From a virus (Duplodnaviria > Caudoviricetes), in IMG/VR virus record IMGVR_UViG_3300011339_000132, positions 1 to 29,664 of that record: DNA of 29,664 bases; one strand, 5' to 3'. The position numbers and the translations under genes are program-made. Under the pieces are notes generated by a model. It was not told where the DNA came from. It did not search any database and was given only the letters and a program-made list of their open reading frames with translations. Positions 27,109 through 29,664 of this stretch are shown in pieces; within the stretch, counting starts at the first letter, position 1, and each line of letters starts with the position of its first letter.

Positions 27109-27841
27109 AGCCCGCTATCTTGTTATATCGGATTTACAAATCCCATATCACCATGAGCAAGCTGTTAAGAATCTTATCAAGTTAGTAAAGCGGGAGAAGT
27201 TCGACCTTGTGTTAAACACAGGCGATGAGCTAGATATGCAGAGCCAGAGCAAGTGGGCTCAAGGTACTAAGTTGGAGTGGGAAGGTACGCTAGATGCTGA
27301 CAGAAGCCTTGCGCAGGATATTCTCTATGAACTCGGCACAACAGATGTCACTCGGAGCAATCACACAGACCGCCTATACCACACACTATTACGCGCACCT
27401 AGCCTCATCGGATTACCAGAATTGGAATACGCAAAGTTTATGGACTTCAACGGGCTTGGAATCAGATTCCATAAAAGACCATTCGAGTTTCACAAGGGAT
27501 GGGTCTTAGTGCATGGCGATGAAGGATCGATGAACTCTAGCGCCGGACTTACAGCTCTAGGCTTGGCTAAGAAGTTCGGCAAGTCTGTTGTCTGTGGTCA
27601 CACGCACAGGGCAGGCATTAGTGCCTTCACAGAGGGCATAGGAGCCTCATACAGGACACTTTGGGGCTTAGAGGCAGGAAATGTCATGGACAAGAAAAAA
27701 GCCTCTTATCTCAAGGCTGGAGCCGCTAATTGGCAGATGAGCGTGGCAGTCATTGAAACGCATGGAGACCATGTATCGCCCATGCTAGTGCCAATCAACA
27801 AGGATGGGTCATTTACCCTTTATGGACGACTTTACGCTTGA
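27101..27841 (+). CDS. Calcineurin-like metallophosphoesterase
   Basis: ISDLQ, GDELD, SNH, HGD, GHTH motifs; SD GAGG before ATG 27101. Confidence 0.85.
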   Translation: MTKARYLVISDLQIPYHHEQAVKNLIKLVKREKFDLVLNTGDELDMQSQSKWAQGTKLEWEGTLDADRSLAQDILYELGTTDVTRSNHTDRLYHTLLRAPSLIGLPELEYAKFMDFNGLGIRFHKRPFEFHKGWVLVHGDEGSMNSSAGLTALGLAKKFGKSVVCGHTHRAGISAFTEGIGASYRTLWGLEAGNVMDKKKASYLKAGAANWQMSVAVIETHGDHVSPMLVPINKDGSFTLYGRLYA

Positions 27842-27883
27842 TGTAATTCGCACCATTGACACGATGCTGGACGAAGTAGATTC

Positions 27884-27972
27884 GTTACCATATCGTTATC
27901 AAAATGTCCGTTAATTAGTCTGGACTCTGTGCAACACTAATCCTGTAGCCAGCCGAGGGCGTTGGCACAGAT
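27884..27972 (+). promoter_or_regulatory. Putative early promoter region with direct repeat and 5' leader hairpin
   Basis: GTTAC-N6-GTTAT 27884-27899; -10-like AACACT 27933-27938; hairpin 27943-27970 with loop CGAGGGC. Confidence 0.5.
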
Positions 27973-27981
27973 AGGTACAAG

Positions 27982-28143
27982 ATGAGCAATAACGATAAGC
28001 TGCTAATTATCTGCCTTATTGGTGCAGGTATTAGTTTTATAGTGTATGCAGTTTCAGCATACAAAGAAGCCTACGAACGCGGATTGCGCGAAGGCTGGCA
28101 TAGGGGCAGAGCAGTCAATCGCTCAGAGTTTTGGTCAGAATGA
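27982..28143 (+). CDS. 53-aa membrane-anchored early protein
   Basis: TM then GLREGWHRGR; homologous to 12948-13109. Confidence 0.75.
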   Translation: MSNNDKLLIICLIGAGISFIVYAVSAYKEAYERGLREGWHRGRAVNRSEFWSE

Positions 28144-28418
28144 AACATGGAGAAATACTTAGTCATGCCACTAATCTATACAAAGACAGAGGACTCGCTT
28201 ACGGCCATCCAAGTGACAATATGGCACGCGCCGCACGACTCATCAGTGCATACCTTGAAATGCCGGTGGAAGATTACCAAGTCGCAGTTATCCTATCGCT
28301 GGTCAAAATCGCCAGAACCATTGAAGATGGAACGCGAGTTGATTCATGGATAGATGGAGCAAGTTATCTAGCAATAGCTGGACAACTACAGACAGAGGAG
28401 AATGACCTATATGTTTAA
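28140..28418 (+). CDS. DUF6378-like small phage protein
   Basis: RGLAYGHP...LVKIAR...DSWIDGASYLA pattern; ATGA overlap start. Confidence 0.7.
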   Translation: MKHGEILSHATNLYKDRGLAYGHPSDNMARAARLISAYLEMPVEDYQVAVILSLVKIARTIEDGTRVDSWIDGASYLAIAGQLQTEENDLYV

Positions 28419-29103
28419 TTTAGCCGATTACGAGCCAGTAGAGGTGAGACTTGAAAAGTTTATTAAGGACTATCCAGATTTTCGTATTAGCACTGAGTTG
28501 GAAGTTGTGGAAGCTACTCGATATATCGTTAAGGCTTATCTCTTTAAGACTAGCCAAGATAGCATCGCATGGGCAACAGGGTATGCTGAGGAGACGGTTA
28601 GCTCTAGGGGCGTCAATCAAACTTCTGCACTGGAGAATTGCGAGACATCTGCTATTGGCAGAGCGCTTGCAAATGCGGGTTATGCTCCTAAAGGAAAGCG
28701 TCCTAGCAGAGAAGAAATGAGCAAGGTTGCACCTAACCATCCAGTTCTTAAAGTAGTGAAACAAGAAGTACCGCCAGCACCACAGGACATCAAAGAGGGT
28801 GATGTTGATTATTGGACTACACCAATCGGATCATCTGTCAAGACCACACAAGCTCCAGTCACATTAGAGACTGCAATGGCAACGGTGACAGATATTCTAG
28901 GTACGGCAGAAGCGATGGATGCACCTAGTTGCAATCATGGCCACATGGAATGGCGAACCGGCCATTCGGTCAAGACCGGAAAAGACTGGGCAGGATTCTT
29001 CTGTGCCACCAAGGGTCAAAGTGGTGGGATGGATAAGTGTCCAACGCATTGGTATAACTTATCAAGCAGTGGTAAATGGGAACCACAGAAAGCGAGAGTA
29101 TAA
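28411..29103 (+). CDS. Rad52/Sak-like ssDNA annealing protein with C-terminal Zn finger
   Basis: ENCETSAIGRAL motif, CNHG...C...C; SD GAGGAG. Confidence 0.68.
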   Translation: MFNLADYEPVEVRLEKFIKDYPDFRISTELEVVEATRYIVKAYLFKTSQDSIAWATGYAEETVSSRGVNQTSALENCETSAIGRALANAGYAPKGKRPSREEMSKVAPNHPVLKVVKQEVPPAPQDIKEGDVDYWTTPIGSSVKTTQAPVTLETAMATVTDILGTAEAMDAPSCNHGHMEWRTGHSVKTGKDWAGFFCATKGQSGGMDKCPTHWYNLSSSGKWEPQKARV

Positions 29104-29297
29104 TGGGATATGCACAGATCCATACTCCAGAAGGTTGGGTTAATGTCGAGGACATTCCAATGATTGAGACAGTTAATTGCCAACTATGCAATGAGCCAAC
29201 ACAAGCTTCTGACATCACAATCACTGCAAGAATTGTCGAAGGTGTCGTAGTTGCAGGCACTTGGTCTTGCAATAAATGTAAGGCAGTCAATGGATAA
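29103..29297 (+). CDS. Small Zn-ribbon protein
   Basis: CQLC...CNKC; TAATG coupling. Confidence 0.7.
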   Translation: MGYAQIHTPEGWVNVEDIPMIETVNCQLCNEPTQASDITITARIVEGVVVAGTWSCNKCKAVNG

Positions 29298-29379
29298 AGA
29301 AACGCTGCTTATGATATTAACGTTAGCTCTATTTATCGGTGGAGTTGCAATGGGCTACATGGCTGGGATGTCTCATTAG
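29290..29379 (+). CDS. 29-aa hydrophobic peptide
   Basis: MDKETLLMILTLALFIGGVAMGYMAGMSH, overlapping neighbours. Confidence 0.55.
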   Translation: MDKETLLMILTLALFIGGVAMGYMAGMSH

Positions 29380-29664
29380 CCAACACAGAAAGCACAGAGG
29401 TTTTCGCACAGAGCGAGTTGTCGCTGAGTACCTATCGACTCAATGGCAAGGCGCATGTGTGGGAAGGGGTAGTGGCAAGGATATTGTTAATGTGCCATTC
29501 GATGTTGAAGTCAAAGCCCGCGCTGGATTTCAACCGCTTGCGTACTTGAAGCAATTAAAGGCTCGGACATCCATTTCGGGGGAATTGGGATTCGGAGTCA
29601 TACGGCTAAATGGGCAGGGAGAAGATGCAGGTGATTATGCTTGTGTCATCCGATTAGCTGATCT
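29375..29664 (+). CDS. Holliday-junction-resolvase-like PD-(D/E)XK nuclease (partial, start uncertain)
   Basis: RKHRGFRTERVVAEYL...GKDI...DVEVKAR; frame open to window end. Confidence 0.7.
   Translation, partial: MSQHRKHRGFRTERVVAEYLSTQWQGACVGRGSGKDIVNVPFDVEVKARAGFQPLAYLKQLKARTSISGELGFGVIRLNGQGEDAGDYACVIRLAD

Larger units (their letters stand above)
15348..29664 (+). mobile_element. Miniature siphovirus genome B (divergent relative of A, truncated at window end)
   Basis: Second syntenic gene set with homologous but clearly different proteins and different GATC usage. Ends inside the early operon. Confidence 0.92.

Noticed and set aside
27822-27914. 30-aa ORF MDDFTLDVIRTIDTMLDEVDSLPYRYQNVR
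   Set aside because: No SD, no counterpart in A, and it overlaps the putative promoter region; cannot be supported.
263-29290. Minus-strand and nested alternative-frame ORFs in the supplied track (e.g. 3007-3384, 5666-5992, 24351-24755, 26206-26577, 28420-28764)
   Set aside because: They lie within well-supported + strand genes, show no recognisable motifs and look like shadow frames.
29375-29377. ATT start codon for the resolvase-like gene
   Set aside because: In-frame GTG 29339 and TTG 29345 are available, so a non-canonical start cannot be claimed.
1-29664. Tandem duplication or homo-concatemer of one genome
   Set aside because: The halves differ extensively in protein sequence, gene content and GATC usage.
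1-29664. Integrated tandem prophages
   Set aside because: No integrase, repressor, att-like repeat or host gene seen in the window.
1-29664. tRNA, rRNA or CRISPR arrays
   Set aside because: Intergenic gaps are short and none shows a cloverleaf or repeat-spacer structure.

Overview
The window holds two complete or near-complete, mutually divergent miniature (~15 kb) siphovirus genomes joined head-to-tail, with all genes on the + strand. Genome A runs from 1 to about 15350 and genome B from about 15350 past the window end. Both share one gene order: terL, portal, protease-capsid fusion, adaptor, tail genes, tape measure, tail tip, receptor-binding protein, M15 lysin, holins, then an early operon with a Rad52/Sak-like annealing protein, Zn-ribbons and a nuclease. 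In A this is followed by an SLT transglycosylase and an HNH endonuclease. No integrase, repressor, polymerase, primase, helicase or small terminase is recognisable. An actinobacterial (freshwater acI-like) host is inferred, not shown. The join falls inside the HNH gene at a likely cos site; A appears to lack GATC while B does not. Comparing the two genomes reveals conserved non-coding signals: complementary hairpin loops, covarying inverted repeats around the receptor-binding cassette, an internal capsid start and a -1 frameshift with a stimulatory stem. A also carries tandem perfect DnaA boxes and GACAC promoter boxes. All calls come from manual reading; no searches were run.
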